Below, piece by piece: positions 18,168 through 29,790 of a DNA stretch of 64,000 nucleotides. Location: contig CAYVYJ010000003.1 in NCBI GenBank assembly GCA_964455085.1, forward strand, positions 7,364 through 71,363. The letters run 5' to 3'. The notes below the pieces were generated by a model. It made no database searches and was not told the origin of the DNA. It saw nothing but the letters and a program-made list of their open reading frames with translations. Made by a program: the position numbers and the translations under genes. Numbering within the stretch: the stretch's first letter is position 1; the number at the start of each line of letters is the position of its first letter. Source of the DNA: an uncultured Planctomycetia bacterium. Its GTDB lineage: Bacteria; Omnitrophota; Gorgyraeia; Duberdicusellales; 4484-171.

Positions 18168-20141
18168 ATGGATAAATTTAAACTAATCAGTAAATTTAAA
18201 CCTACTGGTGATCAGCCGCAGGCCATTAATAAATTAATCAAGGGGTTAAGAAGAGCTGAGGACTGCCAAACTCTTTTAGGTGTTACCGGTTCCGGTAAAA
18301 CTTTTACTTTAGCTTGCGTAATTGAGGAGATTAACCGACCAACTTTAGTCATCTCTCACAACAAAACACTTGCCAGCCAATTGTATGCGGAATTCAAGGA
18401 ATTTTTTCCTAGAAATGCTGTAGAGTATTTCGTAAGTTACTATGATTATTATCAGCCGGAGAGCTATATTCCCCAGACTGATACTTATATTGAAAAAGAT
18501 GCTTCAATAAACGAGCGCCTAGACCGGCTCAGACTTTCAACAACCAGTTCTTTAGCCAGCCGTAAAGATGTGATTGTGGTTGCTTCGGTATCGGCAATAT
18601 ATAATTTAGGAGCACCCCAGGATTACCAAGACCTGATTCTTTGGTTGGAGTCCGGTGATTCTACCCCCAGGGAATCTCTATTGCGGAAATTGATTGCTTT
18701 GCAATATCTGCGAAATGATTTTGATTTCAAGCGGGGAACTTTTCGGGTTAAGGGTGACACAGTGGATATTTTTCCCGCTTATACAGAGTACGGAATAAGA
18801 GTAGAGTTTTTCGATGATACAATTGATAAGATATATGAGTTTACTCCTCTTAGCGGAAAAAAAATTGGGGAGTTAGAGAAAATAAGTATTTATCCGGCTA
18901 AACATTTTATTATTAAAAAAGAAAGAGTCAGTCAGGCCTTAGAGACTGTTCAAGTCGAGTTAAAAGACCATTTGGCTCTTTTAGGAAGGGAAAATAAGCT
19001 GCTGGAGGCTCAACGTCTTGAGCAACGCACACATTTCGATATGGAGATGCTGGCTGAGTTCGGGTATTGTCACGGAATTGAAAATTATTCGCGCCACTTA
19101 AGTCAAAGACCACCTGGTTCTCGCCCTTACTGCCTTCTTGACTATTTCCCCTCACCCTTCCTTACTATTATTGACGAGAGTCACGTTACGATACCGCAGT
19201 TACGAGGTATGTATAATGGTGATCGGGCCCGTAAGGAAACTTTAGTCAGGCATGGATTCCGGTTACCATCTTGTTTAGATAATCGCCCACTGCGCTTTGA
19301 TGAATTTATGCCGCTAACTGAGGAGAAAATATTCACTTCGGCAACTCCCGGAGAGTTCGAGACTGAACTATCGGGGAAGAGGATTATTGAACAGATTATC
19401 CGACCTACTGGTTTGCCGGATCCGGAAATTATCCTTAAACCGACTAAAAATCAGATTGACGATTTAATTCTGGAAATTAAGAAGCGGGCTAAACAAAAAG
19501 AACGCAGCTTAGTTATTACCTTGACTAAACGAATGTCGGAGGAATTGGCTGCTTACCTCAGTGAGGCGGGATTGAAAATTACCTACCTACACTCCGAGAT
19601 CAATACACTGGAGCGAACAAAAATATTAAAAGAACTTCGGCTTAAAAAGTTTGATGCCCTCATTGGCATCAATCTACTCCGTGAGGGATTAGACCTGCCG
19701 GAGGTATCCTTAGTGGCAATCCTTGATGCCGATAAAGAAGGATTCTTGCGTTCAGCTACCTCTTTGATCCAAATTTCCGGCCGCTGCGCCCGTAATATAA
19801 AGGGACAAGTCTATATGTATGCTGATACCCTTACTAAATCAATGCAAACGGCAATTAGCGAAAGTCGGCGACGACGCAAGATTCAACTGAAGTACAATTC
19901 CCAGCATAAAATAACGCCACGCAGTGTTGAAAAAGCAATTAAGGCCGGTATTGAAATTTATTTAAAGGAAGAGGAAAATCTCAAATTACGCTTGGGTTTA
20001 GATAATCAGGATCTGCAACTACACCAAGTGGTAGCTCAATTAGAGAAGGAAATGTACCTGGCCGCAAAAAATCTGCACTTTGAGCGGGCCGCACAATTAC
20101 GGGACAAAATAAAAGAACTGAAAAAAGTCATCAAAAAGTGA
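18168..20141 (+). CDS. uvrB: Excinuclease ABC subunit B
   Basis: GVTGSGKT, YFVSYYDYYQPE, DESH and a C-terminal UVR domain. Confidence 0.98.
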   Translation: MDKFKLISKFKPTGDQPQAINKLIKGLRRAEDCQTLLGVTGSGKTFTLACVIEEINRPTLVISHNKTLASQLYAEFKEFFPRNAVEYFVSYYDYYQPESYIPQTDTYIEKDASINERLDRLRLSTTSSLASRKDVIVVASVSAIYNLGAPQDYQDLILWLESGDSTPRESLLRKLIALQYLRNDFDFKRGTFRVKGDTVDIFPAYTEYGIRVEFFDDTIDKIYEFTPLSGKKIGELEKISIYPAKHFIIKKERVSQALETVQVELKDHLALLGRENKLLEAQRLEQRTHFDMEMLAEFGYCHGIENYSRHLSQRPPGSRPYCLLDYFPSPFLTIIDESHVTIPQLRGMYNGDRARKETLVRHGFRLPSCLDNRPLRFDEFMPLTEEKIFTSATPGEFETELSGKRIIEQIIRPTGLPDPEIILKPTKNQIDDLILEIKKRAKQKERSLVITLTKRMSEELAAYLSEAGLKITYLHSEINTLERTKILKELRLKKFDALIGINLLREGLDLPEVSLVAILDADKEGFLRSATSLIQISGRCARNIKGQVYMYADTLTKSMQTAISESRRRRKIQLKYNSQHKITPRSVEKAIKAGIEIYLKEEENLKLRLGLDNQDLQLHQVVAQLEKEMYLAAKNLHFERAAQLRDKIKELKKVIKK

Positions 20142-20178
20142 TTGGAATTTAAATTCTATCCGCTATACTATATACACT

Positions 20179-20916
20179 ATGTTTGCTGTAGATATAGGAA
20201 ACACTACGATACACATTGCCCATTTTAAAAAAGGAAGAATCCTAAAGACCCAGCGACTCCCTACGGCTAAAGTTACCAAGACCTGGCTGCGGAAAACTCT
20301 TAGTTCAAAAACCAATGAAACTATTTTAGTCTGTTCAGTAGTACCTAAAGTAACTAAAATATTTCGAAAGCTAAACTTACCGGTGGGAGTAACCGGTGAG
20401 AACATTAGAGTACCGGTAAAGTCTCTCTACGCCAACAAAAAAGTTGGTATGGACCGGTTAGTAGGAGCTTATGCAGCCAAAAAACTTTTCCCCGGTACAA
20501 GATTAATTCTCGATTTTGGAACTGCCATAACTTTGGATTGCTTATCTAAGAATGGTGTTTATCAGGGTGGTTTAATCCTTCCTGGAATTGGTTCCACTTT
20601 AAACGTACTCGCTGGTTGCGCAATGCTTCCCAAGCGTATACAACTTAGACCGGCCCGACAGTTAATTCCCGCCACAACCACCGGTAGTATCACTAAAGGA
20701 GTGACAGAAGGATTTTCCTTGATGATAAACTCTTTGATTGCTAAATACAAAACAAAGCTGAAAATACCCGCTAAAGCAAAAGTAATTATCACCGGAGGCG
20801 ATGCCAGGATAATTACCTCAAATTTAAAATTCCCTTTTAAATACGAGCCGCTTTTAGTCTTAAAAGGCTTAGAATTTTTAAGCCGTATGCCTAATATCTT
20901 ACAGTCACTTCTCTAA
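20179..20916 (+). CDS. coaX: Type III pantothenate kinase
   Basis: VDIGNT, GMDR, DFGTAIT, GGLILPG, TGGD. Confidence 0.93.
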   Translation: MFAVDIGNTTIHIAHFKKGRILKTQRLPTAKVTKTWLRKTLSSKTNETILVCSVVPKVTKIFRKLNLPVGVTGENIRVPVKSLYANKKVGMDRLVGAYAAKKLFPGTRLILDFGTAITLDCLSKNGVYQGGLILPGIGSTLNVLAGCAMLPKRIQLRPARQLIPATTTGSITKGVTEGFSLMINSLIAKYKTKLKIPAKAKVIITGGDARIITSNLKFPFKYEPLLVLKGLEFLSRMPNILQSLL

Positions 20917-20969
20917 CTGCCTCGCAGCAAGACAGTTAAGAAAAGGACAAAAAAAAATTAAAAAAAATC

Positions 20970-20997
20970 TTGACAACTTTACGTTGACAGGTATAAT
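20970..20997 (+). promoter_or_regulatory. Consensus sigma70 promoter of groESL
   Basis: TTGACA-16 nt-TATAAT, preceded by A-tracts (UP element-like). Confidence 0.85.
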
Positions 20998-21024
20998 TTA
21001 GCACTCGGAGTTAGAGATTGCTAA
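20998..21024 (+). promoter_or_regulatory. CIRCE element (HrcA operator)
   Basis: TTAGCACTC-N9-GATTGCTAA, one mismatch to TTAGCACTC-N9-GAGTGCTAA, directly after the -10 box. Confidence 0.92.
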
Positions 21025-21074
21025 GTTTTAACCAAACCAAAATAATATCAACAAAACTTTAAAGGAGGTGTTCA

Positions 21075-21362
21075 ATGAAGTTTAAGCCGCTAGCTGACAG
21101 AATCTTGATTAAACAACTCGAGGCTAAAGAGCAGACCAAAGGTGGTATTGTACTTCCCGATACAGCAAAGGAAAAGCCTCAGGAAGGTAAAATTATTGCC
21201 GTTGGCGAAGGAAAGAAGAGTCCGGAGGGCAATGTAGTACCATTGGCATTGAAAGTCGGTGACAAGGTACTTTACGGAAAGTATTCAGGAACCGAGATCG
21301 CAATAGATGGTGAAGACTATCTGATCATCCGTGAAGAGGATGTTCTGGGTATTATTGCATAA
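21075..21362 (+). CDS. groES: Co-chaperonin GroES
   Basis: [31 protein letters not shown]. Confidence 0.98.
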   Translation: MKFKPLADRILIKQLEAKEQTKGGIVLPDTAKEKPQEGKIIAVGEGKKSPEGNVVPLALKVGDKVLYGKYSGTEIAIDGEDYLIIREEDVLGIIA

Positions 21363-23033
<1,671 letters not shown>

Positions 23034-23061
23034 TTAAGTAATCTAAGTCACGAGATATGAG

Positions 23062-23107
23062 AATATCCCCGTTCAGTTAATCTTGAGCGGGGATATTTTT
23101 TTGTTTT
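23062..23107 (+). terminator. Rho-independent terminator after groEL
   Basis: AATATCCCCGTTCA/TGAGCGGGGATATT stem followed by a T-run. Confidence 0.85.
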
Positions 23108-23183
23108 CTTAAATTTAGCTATATTTTTCGTTTAGCTAGTGGTATAATAATTGCGTTTTAAAACAGGCCTTTTAAGTCAAATT

Positions 23184-24551
23184 ATGACAAAATCCATTAA
23201 AAATAAGAGCTTTCGTCTGGATACCGTTAACGGATTCAGTTTAAATATCGGACTTTTTCAATATCGCCTAAAACCTGAGGCTAAAGTCATTATGGCTAAT
23301 TCAACTTTAGCTCAGTTTTTAGATCATCCCTTAGATCAGGGATTTATTAAAAAAACTTTAGGCAGTTTATTCTTCAGACCCCTGGATAGAGAAATTTTTC
23401 TAAAGATTTTAAGTCGAAACAAGGAAATCCGATCCTTCGAGGTAACCTTTAGGAAAAGAGATGGCCAGCCATTATGGGTTGCTATCACCGCCCAGCTGGT
23501 GCTTGCCGCCAATAAAAAAGAGCAGTGGTTGGAAGGAGTGGTTCAGGATATCTCGACCTGGAAAAAACTTGCTACCAGACTGACTATGGAAAGGGATTTT
23601 TTTGAAAATCTTCTCGACAACATACCCGATGCTGTTTACTTTAAAGATCGTGAGAATCGTATCATAAAAGTTAATGATTTCTATATTCAAGGAACCGGGC
23701 TTAAGGAAAGTGAAATTATTGGTAAGACTGATTTTGATTTCTTCCCCGAAGAACAAGCAAAGGATATGTTTGAGGATGACAAACGAGTCCTGACTACCGG
23801 CAAACCGATTATTGGCAAGATCGAGAAGACTCTTCTTCCTGATGGTCGCTGGAATCAGGTAATTACCACTAAAGTTCCCATGCGTAATAGCAGCGGAAAG
23901 ATTATCGGAACTATGGGAATAACTCGCGATATGACTACTTATGCTAATCTGGAACGGCAACGGTTGACTATGATGGTAAATGCTTTGGAAGTTTTAGGTA
24001 AGGCGTTGGAGATGCGCGACCCTTACACTTTCAGTCATACCCGACATGTAGCTGGTATTGCTGAAGATATTGCCCGGGCTTTGGGCTGGGATGAAAACCG
24101 TTTTTTAGCTATTCGTTTAGCCGGTGAGCTTCATGACTTAGGTAAAATAAGTATTCCTTTAGATATTTTAAATAAACCCGGTAAACTAAATGCCATAGAA
24201 TATCAGTTAATTCAAGAGCATGTGAAAAATTGCTATAACCTGATTAAGAGCATTGAATTTCCTTTCCCCTTAGCTGATATTATCTACCAGCACCATGAGC
24301 GTCTTGATGGTTCAGGATACCCGCGCGGCCTGAAAGGTGATCAGATACTCCTTGAGGCCAAGATATTGGCAGTCAGCGATGTTTTAGAGGCAATGACTCA
24401 CTATCGGCCATACCGTGAAGCTTTGGGGCTGGCTAAAGCCTGCGAGGAGTTGGAGAAGGGTAAGGGCACAAAATACGATGAAATGGTAGTCGATACTCTT
24501 TTCGGGTTGATTAAAAAGAACGGGAAAAATAAATTTTGGCTTGACGGCTAA
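23184..24551 (+). CDS. PAS-PAS-HD-GYP c-di-GMP phosphodiesterase
   Basis: Two PAS/PAC regions, RDPYT, LHDLGK, HHERLDGSGYP; start uncertain (TTG 23151 or ATG 23184). Confidence 0.88.
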   Translation: MTKSIKNKSFRLDTVNGFSLNIGLFQYRLKPEAKVIMANSTLAQFLDHPLDQGFIKKTLGSLFFRPLDREIFLKILSRNKEIRSFEVTFRKRDGQPLWVAITAQLVLAANKKEQWLEGVVQDISTWKKLATRLTMERDFFENLLDNIPDAVYFKDRENRIIKVNDFYIQGTGLKESEIIGKTDFDFFPEEQAKDMFEDDKRVLTTGKPIIGKIEKTLLPDGRWNQVITTKVPMRNSSGKIIGTMGITRDMTTYANLERQRLTMMVNALEVLGKALEMRDPYTFSHTRHVAGIAEDIARALGWDENRFLAIRLAGELHDLGKISIPLDILNKPGKLNAIEYQLIQEHVKNCYNLIKSIEFPFPLADIIYQHHERLDGSGYPRGLKGDQILLEAKILAVSDVLEAMTHYRPYREALGLAKACEELEKGKGTKYDEMVVDTLFGLIKKNGKNKFWLDG

Positions 24552-24560
24552 TTTTTTGTC

Positions 24561-24588
24561 TTGCCTTTTTAGTTTCTTGTGATATAAA
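24561..24588 (+). promoter_or_regulatory. Sigma70 promoter of the por operon (near-leaderless)
   Basis: TTGCCT-16 nt-TATAAA with TG; ATG 8 nt downstream; no SD. Confidence 0.55.
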
Positions 24589-24596
24589 AAGTTCTT

Positions 24597-25133
24597 ATGA
24601 AAGAAGTAAAAATATATGCCCGGGCCGGCCAGGGTGCGATTACTACCGCCACTATACTGGGAGAAGCCCTGTTTTATGAAAATAAATACGCTTATGCATT
24701 TCCTTATTTTGGTGCTGCGCGAATGGGAGCGCCAATGAATGCTTTTGTCAGATTCGACGACAAACCGGTCCGGCTACGTTCTCAGATTTATGAACCCGAT
24801 TACATCATGGTGATTGATCCAACTTTAATTGAAAGTCAAAGGTGTTTTCAAAATTTAAAAAGCGGGGCAAAAGCGGTTGTAGCCGTAAGAAAAAACACAA
24901 ATATCCCTGAAATCAACAACGTTGAAATAAGATCGATTATGGCCGAAAAAATTGCCATGGAAATAATTGGAAAACCATTTGCTAACACTATTTTAGTCGG
25001 TGCCTTTGCAAAGACAACTGCCGAGGTGAGCTTAGAGTCGGTCTTGAAGGCAGTCGAAGCCAGATTTAAAGCTAAGCCAGAGATATTACAGAAAAATCTT
25101 GATGCTGTAAAAAAAGGATACGAAAGTGTTTAG
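24597..25133 (+). CDS. porC: Pyruvate/2-oxoacid:ferredoxin oxidoreductase gamma subunit
   Basis: RAGQGA, PYFGAARMGAP, NTILVGA. Confidence 0.9.
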   Translation: MKEVKIYARAGQGAITTATILGEALFYENKYAYAFPYFGAARMGAPMNAFVRFDDKPVRLRSQIYEPDYIMVIDPTLIESQRCFQNLKSGAKAVVAVRKNTNIPEINNVEIRSIMAEKIAMEIIGKPFANTILVGAFAKTTAEVSLESVLKAVEARFKAKPEILQKNLDAVKKGYESV

Positions 25134-25389
25134 TGTATTAGTAAGCCGGGCAAAAACTTCTTCAGCAAATTTAACTGGTTCCTGGCGGTCAACCAAGAAG
25201 CCAAAGTTTTTACAAAAAGGCTGCATTAACTGCAGCTTGTGCAAGTTTATCTGCCCTGAGGGTTGTATTGAAGGTATTGAAAAGAATGCTTATTCAACCG
25301 ACTTAGATTATTGTAAGGGTTGCGGACTTTGTGCCTACATCTGTCCCAAAGACGATATTGAAATGGTTCCTAATCAGGATGGGGATTAG
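25126..25389 (+). CDS. porD: Oxidoreductase delta subunit, 2x[4Fe-4S]
   Basis: TGSWR, CINCSLC...CPE, YCKGCGLC...CP. Confidence 0.9.
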   Translation: MFSVLVSRAKTSSANLTGSWRSTKKPKFLQKGCINCSLCKFICPEGCIEGIEKNAYSTDLDYCKGCGLCAYICPKDDIEMVPNQDGD

Positions 25390-25406
25390 ATTTTAAAACT
25401 TATTCT

Positions 25407-26582
25407 ATGAAGAAATATTTAGAAGGTTCCTGGGCAATGGCGGAAGCGGCAAAATTATGTCGCCCCGGCGTTGTTGCTGCCTATCCAATTACCCCACAGA
25501 CCCATATAGTTGAGCACCTATCCAAATTTGTTGCTGACGGAGAACTAAAAGCACAAACCCTGAACGTGGAGAGCGAACACTCAGCTGCCTCAGTAGTTTT
25601 AGGTTCTCAGGCAACTGGAGTAAGAAGTTTTACCTGTACTAGCTCGCAGGGTTTACTCTTGATGGGTGAAGTTGTCTTTTGTATTGCCGGTATGAGATTG
25701 CCGGTTATGATGGTTTGCGCCAACCGAGCAGTGTCGGCGCCGATTAATATTTGGAACGACCAGCAAGATTCAATTGCCTTAAGAGATGCAGGCTGGATAC
25801 AACTTTATGCTGAAACCAATCAAGAAGCGGTTGATTTAATTATTGCCGGTTATCGGCTGGGAGAAAACCCTAAGGTTATGTTACCGGTAATGGTTTGCGC
25901 CGACGGTTTTATTTTAACCCATGGTTTGGAAACAATTGATATGCCTGAGCAGGAGCTAGTCGATAAGTTTCTCCCTGAATATAATCCGGCCTATAAGCTT
26001 GACGTTGATCTGCCAATGAGCTTTGGCCTCTTAGCTGACCCTACAGTATATACTGAAACTCGTTATGCCCTCCATAAAACCTTAGAGGAGGTCCTTGATT
26101 TAATACCTAAAATTGGTAATCAATACATGAGCCTAACTGGTAGGAATAGCCTAAAGTTAATTGAGGCTTATAAATTAGAAGATGCTGATCTGGCAATAGT
26201 AGCTATGGGTTCGGTTTGCGGAACTATTAAAGACGTCATCGATATTGAAAGAGAAAAAGGCAAAAAAGTTGGTCTCCTGAAAATTATTGCTTATCGACCA
26301 TTTCCTAAGCTGGCAATCAATGTGGCTTTGAGTAAAATCCCTAATCTGGCCATACTGGATAAAGATATTTCGTTAGGCTCCGATGGTGCTCTCTATACAG
26401 AAATTAAATCAATATTAAATTCGGATAAAAAAGTCAGTGGTTTTGTTGCCGGTCTGGGCGGAAGAGACATAACTGTTGATACTATAAAAAATATTATTGC
26501 CGCAGCCGAGAAAGAAACCAGTAGTTGTACATTTGTGGAGTTAAATAAGGATTTGCTTTGGGATGAGTTCAGGGCATCCTAA
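25407..26582 (+). CDS. porA: Oxidoreductase alpha subunit
   Basis: AYPITPQT, ESEHSA, TSSQGL, GLGGRD. Confidence 0.92.
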   Translation: MKKYLEGSWAMAEAAKLCRPGVVAAYPITPQTHIVEHLSKFVADGELKAQTLNVESEHSAASVVLGSQATGVRSFTCTSSQGLLLMGEVVFCIAGMRLPVMMVCANRAVSAPINIWNDQQDSIALRDAGWIQLYAETNQEAVDLIIAGYRLGENPKVMLPVMVCADGFILTHGLETIDMPEQELVDKFLPEYNPAYKLDVDLPMSFGLLADPTVYTETRYALHKTLEEVLDLIPKIGNQYMSLTGRNSLKLIEAYKLEDADLAIVAMGSVCGTIKDVIDIEREKGKKVGLLKIIAYRPFPKLAINVALSKIPNLAILDKDISLGSDGALYTEIKSILNSDKKVSGFVAGLGGRDITVDTIKNIIAAAEKETSSCTFVELNKDLLWDEFRAS

Positions 26583-26595
26583 AAAAAGAGGATAG

Positions 26596-27480
26596 ATGGC
26601 TAAAAAACACTTTGAAGAAAACTTTTATGTATCAGGGCATACTGCTTGTGCTGGCTGCGGCCAATCGATGGGCGTACGGATTGTTATGAATTCGGCAGGT
26701 AAAAATACTATGGTTACCAATTCTACCGGTTGTCTTGAAGTTTTTTCTACTAAGGCGCCAGAGACCTCATTTGGCGTTCCCTGGATACACTCTTTGTTTG
26801 AAAATTCCGCAGCGGTAGCAAGTGGCATTGAAGCTGCTTTAAAATATTTAAATAAACTTGATGAAATCCGAGTTATATCACAGGCTGGTGATGGTGGAAC
26901 CAGCGATATTGGTTTACAAGCAATTTCCGGTATGCTTGAGCGAGGACAAGATGTTTTATTTGTTTGTTATGATAATGAGGCCTATATGAATACCGGAATC
27001 CAAAGAAGCGGCTCCACACCTTTTTATGCTAATACTACTACCTCACCGGTAGGTAAACACTCCCTAGGTAATCCTCGGCCAAAAAAGCCTATGGTTGAAA
27101 TCTGCGCTGCCCACCATATACCTTATTCAGCTTCGGCTTCAGTCGGTAACCCTAAAGATGTCGAAAGAAAGGTTAAAAAAGCCTTGTCAATAAGAGGTTC
27201 AAAGTATTTACAAATCCATGTACCTTGTCCCTTGGGTTGGAAATCCGAATCATCCCGAACAATTGAGATTGCAAAGTTGGCAATTACTACCGGATTGTAT
27301 CCATTGGTCGAGTATGAGTGCGGTAAGCTTACAAAAGTAACCAAAATTTCTTCACCAAAGCCGGTCCAAGAATACCTTAAAACTCAAGGTAGATTTAAAC
27401 ATTTGCTTAAAGACGCAAAGGCATTGAAAGAAGTCCAAAGCGTAGCCGACAAAAACATCGAATATTACGGTTTGAAATAA
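26596..27480 (+). CDS. porB: Oxidoreductase beta subunit (TPP-binding)
   Basis: GHTACAGC, GDGG...DNEAYMNTG, PCPLGW. Confidence 0.92.
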   Translation: MAKKHFEENFYVSGHTACAGCGQSMGVRIVMNSAGKNTMVTNSTGCLEVFSTKAPETSFGVPWIHSLFENSAAVASGIEAALKYLNKLDEIRVISQAGDGGTSDIGLQAISGMLERGQDVLFVCYDNEAYMNTGIQRSGSTPFYANTTTSPVGKHSLGNPRPKKPMVEICAAHHIPYSASASVGNPKDVERKVKKALSIRGSKYLQIHVPCPLGWKSESSRTIEIAKLAITTGLYPLVEYECGKLTKVTKISSPKPVQEYLKTQGRFKHLLKDAKALKEVQSVADKNIEYYGLK

Positions 27481-27516
27481 GACTTAAACTAAATCATACC
27501 CAGAAAAGGAGGAAGA

Positions 27517-27702
27517 ATGGCAAAAGTTATTATTGATGAGAATGCCTGTGTAGGTTGTGGTTTGTGTGTGAACGCTTGTGATACTGTTTTTAAATTAGGT
27601 GACGATGGTATTGCTAAGGTAGTGACTGAGAAGTGTTCTGATTGCGACCTTCACGATGTTGCTTCTCAATGTCCGGTCAATTGCATTGTCGTAGAAGACT
27701 AA
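27517..27702 (+). CDS. Monocluster ferredoxin
   Basis: CVGCGLC...CP, acidic, 61 aa, strong AAGGAGG SD. Confidence 0.9.
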   Translation: MAKVIIDENACVGCGLCVNACDTVFKLGDDGIAKVVTEKCSDCDLHDVASQCPVNCIVVED

Positions 27703-27717
27703 ACAATTTCTGAAGAT

Positions 27718-27768
27718 AAAAATACCCCCGCCGCAAGATTGCAGAATCTTAAAGCGGGGGATTTATTT
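27718..27768. terminator. Probable bidirectional terminator between convergent genes
   Basis: CCCCCGC/GCGGGGG outer stem, AAGATT/AATCTT inner stem, A-run before and T-rich tail after. Confidence 0.7.
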
Positions 27769-29183
27769 TACAAAGGGAACTTTAAGGTTATTTCCTGGTT
27801 AAGACCCTCAAGGAACTTTAATCTTTCGATGAATTCCTTCCGTAATTTAATTTCATCGTGATAGGTTTGCTTTTTAGTTTCAAAGTCCTTCTGGTTAAAA
27901 GGTGTTTTATCACTCAACTGAATGATATATACGCCTTTATCTAGAGGGAGAATCTCTGAGTGAATTCCTCCCGGCTCAAGCGAGAAGACTATTGCGCTCA
28001 CCGCCTCATCCAAGCCTAAACCTTCAATATAATCGGTGTATTTAAAATATCCGGTAGTCCTGAATTCAACATTAGATTTAGCCGGGAGTTTATTCAGGTC
28101 ACTTATTTTCGCTTCTTTAATTTCTTCCAAAAATTCTTGCCCGAACTTTCTTGTTTCGGCTTCGGCCCGGGTAAGGATTAATTTTTCGGTGACCTCGTCT
28201 TTTATTTCACCAAGGGTAGGGATAAATTCTGGTCTCTCATCATCTTTGCCAACTATAATAATACCTTTTCCCAACTTTATCGGTCTGCTGATTTGATTTA
28301 TGGCTAAATTAAAAGCAGTTTGGTTTAATACCGGCTGCCAGCCAATTTCGCTAATCGGCTCATCTATGCCGACAAATCCGGTCTCTTTAAGCTTAAATGA
28401 TGTTTTTTCCTCTAGCTGATCAAGAGTAGTTAAATTTGATAATAGGTTTAATTCTTCATCGCTTAATGGGTCATCTTTACTAATTAAAAAATATTTTATA
28501 TTTATTTTGGCTTCACGCTGAAATAAAGCTCTGTTATCCTGGTAAAACTCTTCAATCTCACCAGGATTTATCCCGACGTCAACGCGGAATTTCTCATAAG
28601 GGATAAACAAATAGTTAATTTTTGCTTCTTGAGTATCAATTGCATATAAAGCGCGTATCTGGTTATCACTGACGGTAATTTGAACCAGCTGCGCCCATAA
28701 TTTATCAATAGCAATAAAATCCCGGATATATTCTTCAAAACTACGCGGGGTAAGATTGATGTTGTAGATCCGGGAAATATACTCGATATATCGCTCATAA
28801 ACTTCTCGGTCAAATTTTCCGCCCGGGCTAAAATTCCGATTAACCCATTTCGCTATTTCATCATCGCTCACTGTAATTTTCCTTCCCTTAACCTTCCAAA
28901 GTAAACGAAAGTAGGTCTTGGCTTTTTCGATAACCTCACTAGAACTAATTGCCTTTTTACCATCTTGAGAATTGGTATGAAGGATGAAATCCAAACGGGC
29001 TAAATCAATATAGTATTTAAAGTCCGGAATCGGTATCCGGCGGTTTGCGATTTCAGCAACTATCGGCATATTCCGCTGTTGGAGAAAGGAACGGGCACCG
29101 GAGAGAACAAAAACTACGATAACCGCTATGGCGACCACCCAAATAATCTTTTTAGCATGTTGTCCGCGAATTGTGGTAAGCAT
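27768..29183 (-). CDS. SurA N-terminal domain / PpiD-like periplasmic chaperone
   Basis: MLTTIR...KKIIW N-terminal TM anchor, GKFDREVYE, EEFYQDN; PpiD-like layout with degenerate parvulin regions. Confidence 0.7.
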   Translation of the reverse strand: MLTTIRGQHAKKIIWVVAIAVIVVFVLSGARSFLQQRNMPIVAEIANRRIPIPDFKYYIDLARLDFILHTNSQDGKKAISSSEVIEKAKTYFRLLWKVKGRKITVSDDEIAKWVNRNFSPGGKFDREVYERYIEYISRIYNINLTPRSFEEYIRDFIAIDKLWAQLVQITVSDNQIRALYAIDTQEAKINYLFIPYEKFRVDVGINPGEIEEFYQDNRALFQREAKINIKYFLISKDDPLSDEELNLLSNLTTLDQLEEKTSFKLKETGFVGIDEPISEIGWQPVLNQTAFNLAINQISRPIKLGKGIIIVGKDDERPEFIPTLGEIKDEVTEKLILTRAEAETRKFGQEFLEEIKEAKISDLNKLPAKSNVEFRTTGYFKYTDYIEGLGLDEAVSAIVFSLEPGGIHSEILPLDKGVYIIQLSDKTPFNQKDFETKKQTYHDEIKLRKEFIERLKFLEGLNQEITLKFPL

Positions 29184-29189
29184 GTTCCT

Positions 29190-29217
29190 ATCATAGCTTT
29201 TATCGGAAAATTTTCAA
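29190..29217 (-). promoter_or_regulatory. Sigma70 promoter of the PpiD-like gene (leaderless)
   Basis: Minus strand TTGAAA-16 nt-TATGAT, with the ATG 6 nt downstream. Confidence 0.55.
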
Positions 29218-29309
29218 GAAAAAAATCGAAAATGTTTTAAGCCAGTTCATTTGCATAACCTAAAGATTTAATCTAAACATACCCAGTAGCTTCAGCACCA
29301 ATAAATGGC

Positions 29310-29338
29310 TTGCAAATATTTTTATTTTGTGCTACCTT
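29310..29338 (+). promoter_or_regulatory. Sigma70 promoter of tmRNA
   Basis: TTGCAA-17 nt-TACCTT with TG extended -10. Confidence 0.5.
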
Positions 29339-29366
29339 TGAGTTGAGAAAATACTCTTTGAAAACC

Positions 29367-29733
29367 GGGGGTGCATGGACTCGACTTAGAGGTTAGATGA
29401 AGTGGTTGCATGCCGTAGGGGTAAGGCCGAACGTATCCGGGCTTACAAAACACAAAGGCAAATACACAATTTGCTTACGCAAACACACCTGAGTTAGTAG
29501 AAGTAAACTAACCAGGGCTCTTAAATTTTTGCCTCAGGAAATTTAAGAGTTCGGTTATGAGGCTAGAAATAAACCTCTGGCTTTGAGGGTTTATTTCGAA
29601 ACAAAACAAAGTTGCTTTCTGGGGAATCCCGCCTTCTGGAGTCTCCAGAAAAAAGATAAAGAAAAGGCTAAGCATGTAGGAGCTGTTTGTCAACCCTTTA
29701 AGGACGCGGGTTCGAATCCCGCCACCTCCACCA
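29367..29733 (+). ncRNA. ssrA: tmRNA
   Basis: 5' GGGGGTG pairs with 3' CACCTCC-A-CCA with a G3:U pair; GGACTCGAC D-like loop; GCATGC..AGCATGTAG helix; GCGGGTTCGAATCCCGC T-arm; three hairpins with downstream loop-complementary segments (pk2-4); tag ORF at 29458-29511. Confidence 0.95.
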
Positions 29734-29790
29734 TAGTTTATTTAGTTTAAGTGCAATTGAATCGAAAGGTCAATAAAAAGAGGAGGGGTT

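Noticed and set aside
29515-29670. Three long hairpins resembling terminators or repeats
   Set aside because: They are explained as tmRNA pseudoknots pk2-pk4, whose loops pair with downstream TGAGGC, CAAAGTTG and AAGGC.
29508-29693. 61-aa minus-strand ORF
   Set aside because: It lies antisense within tmRNA.
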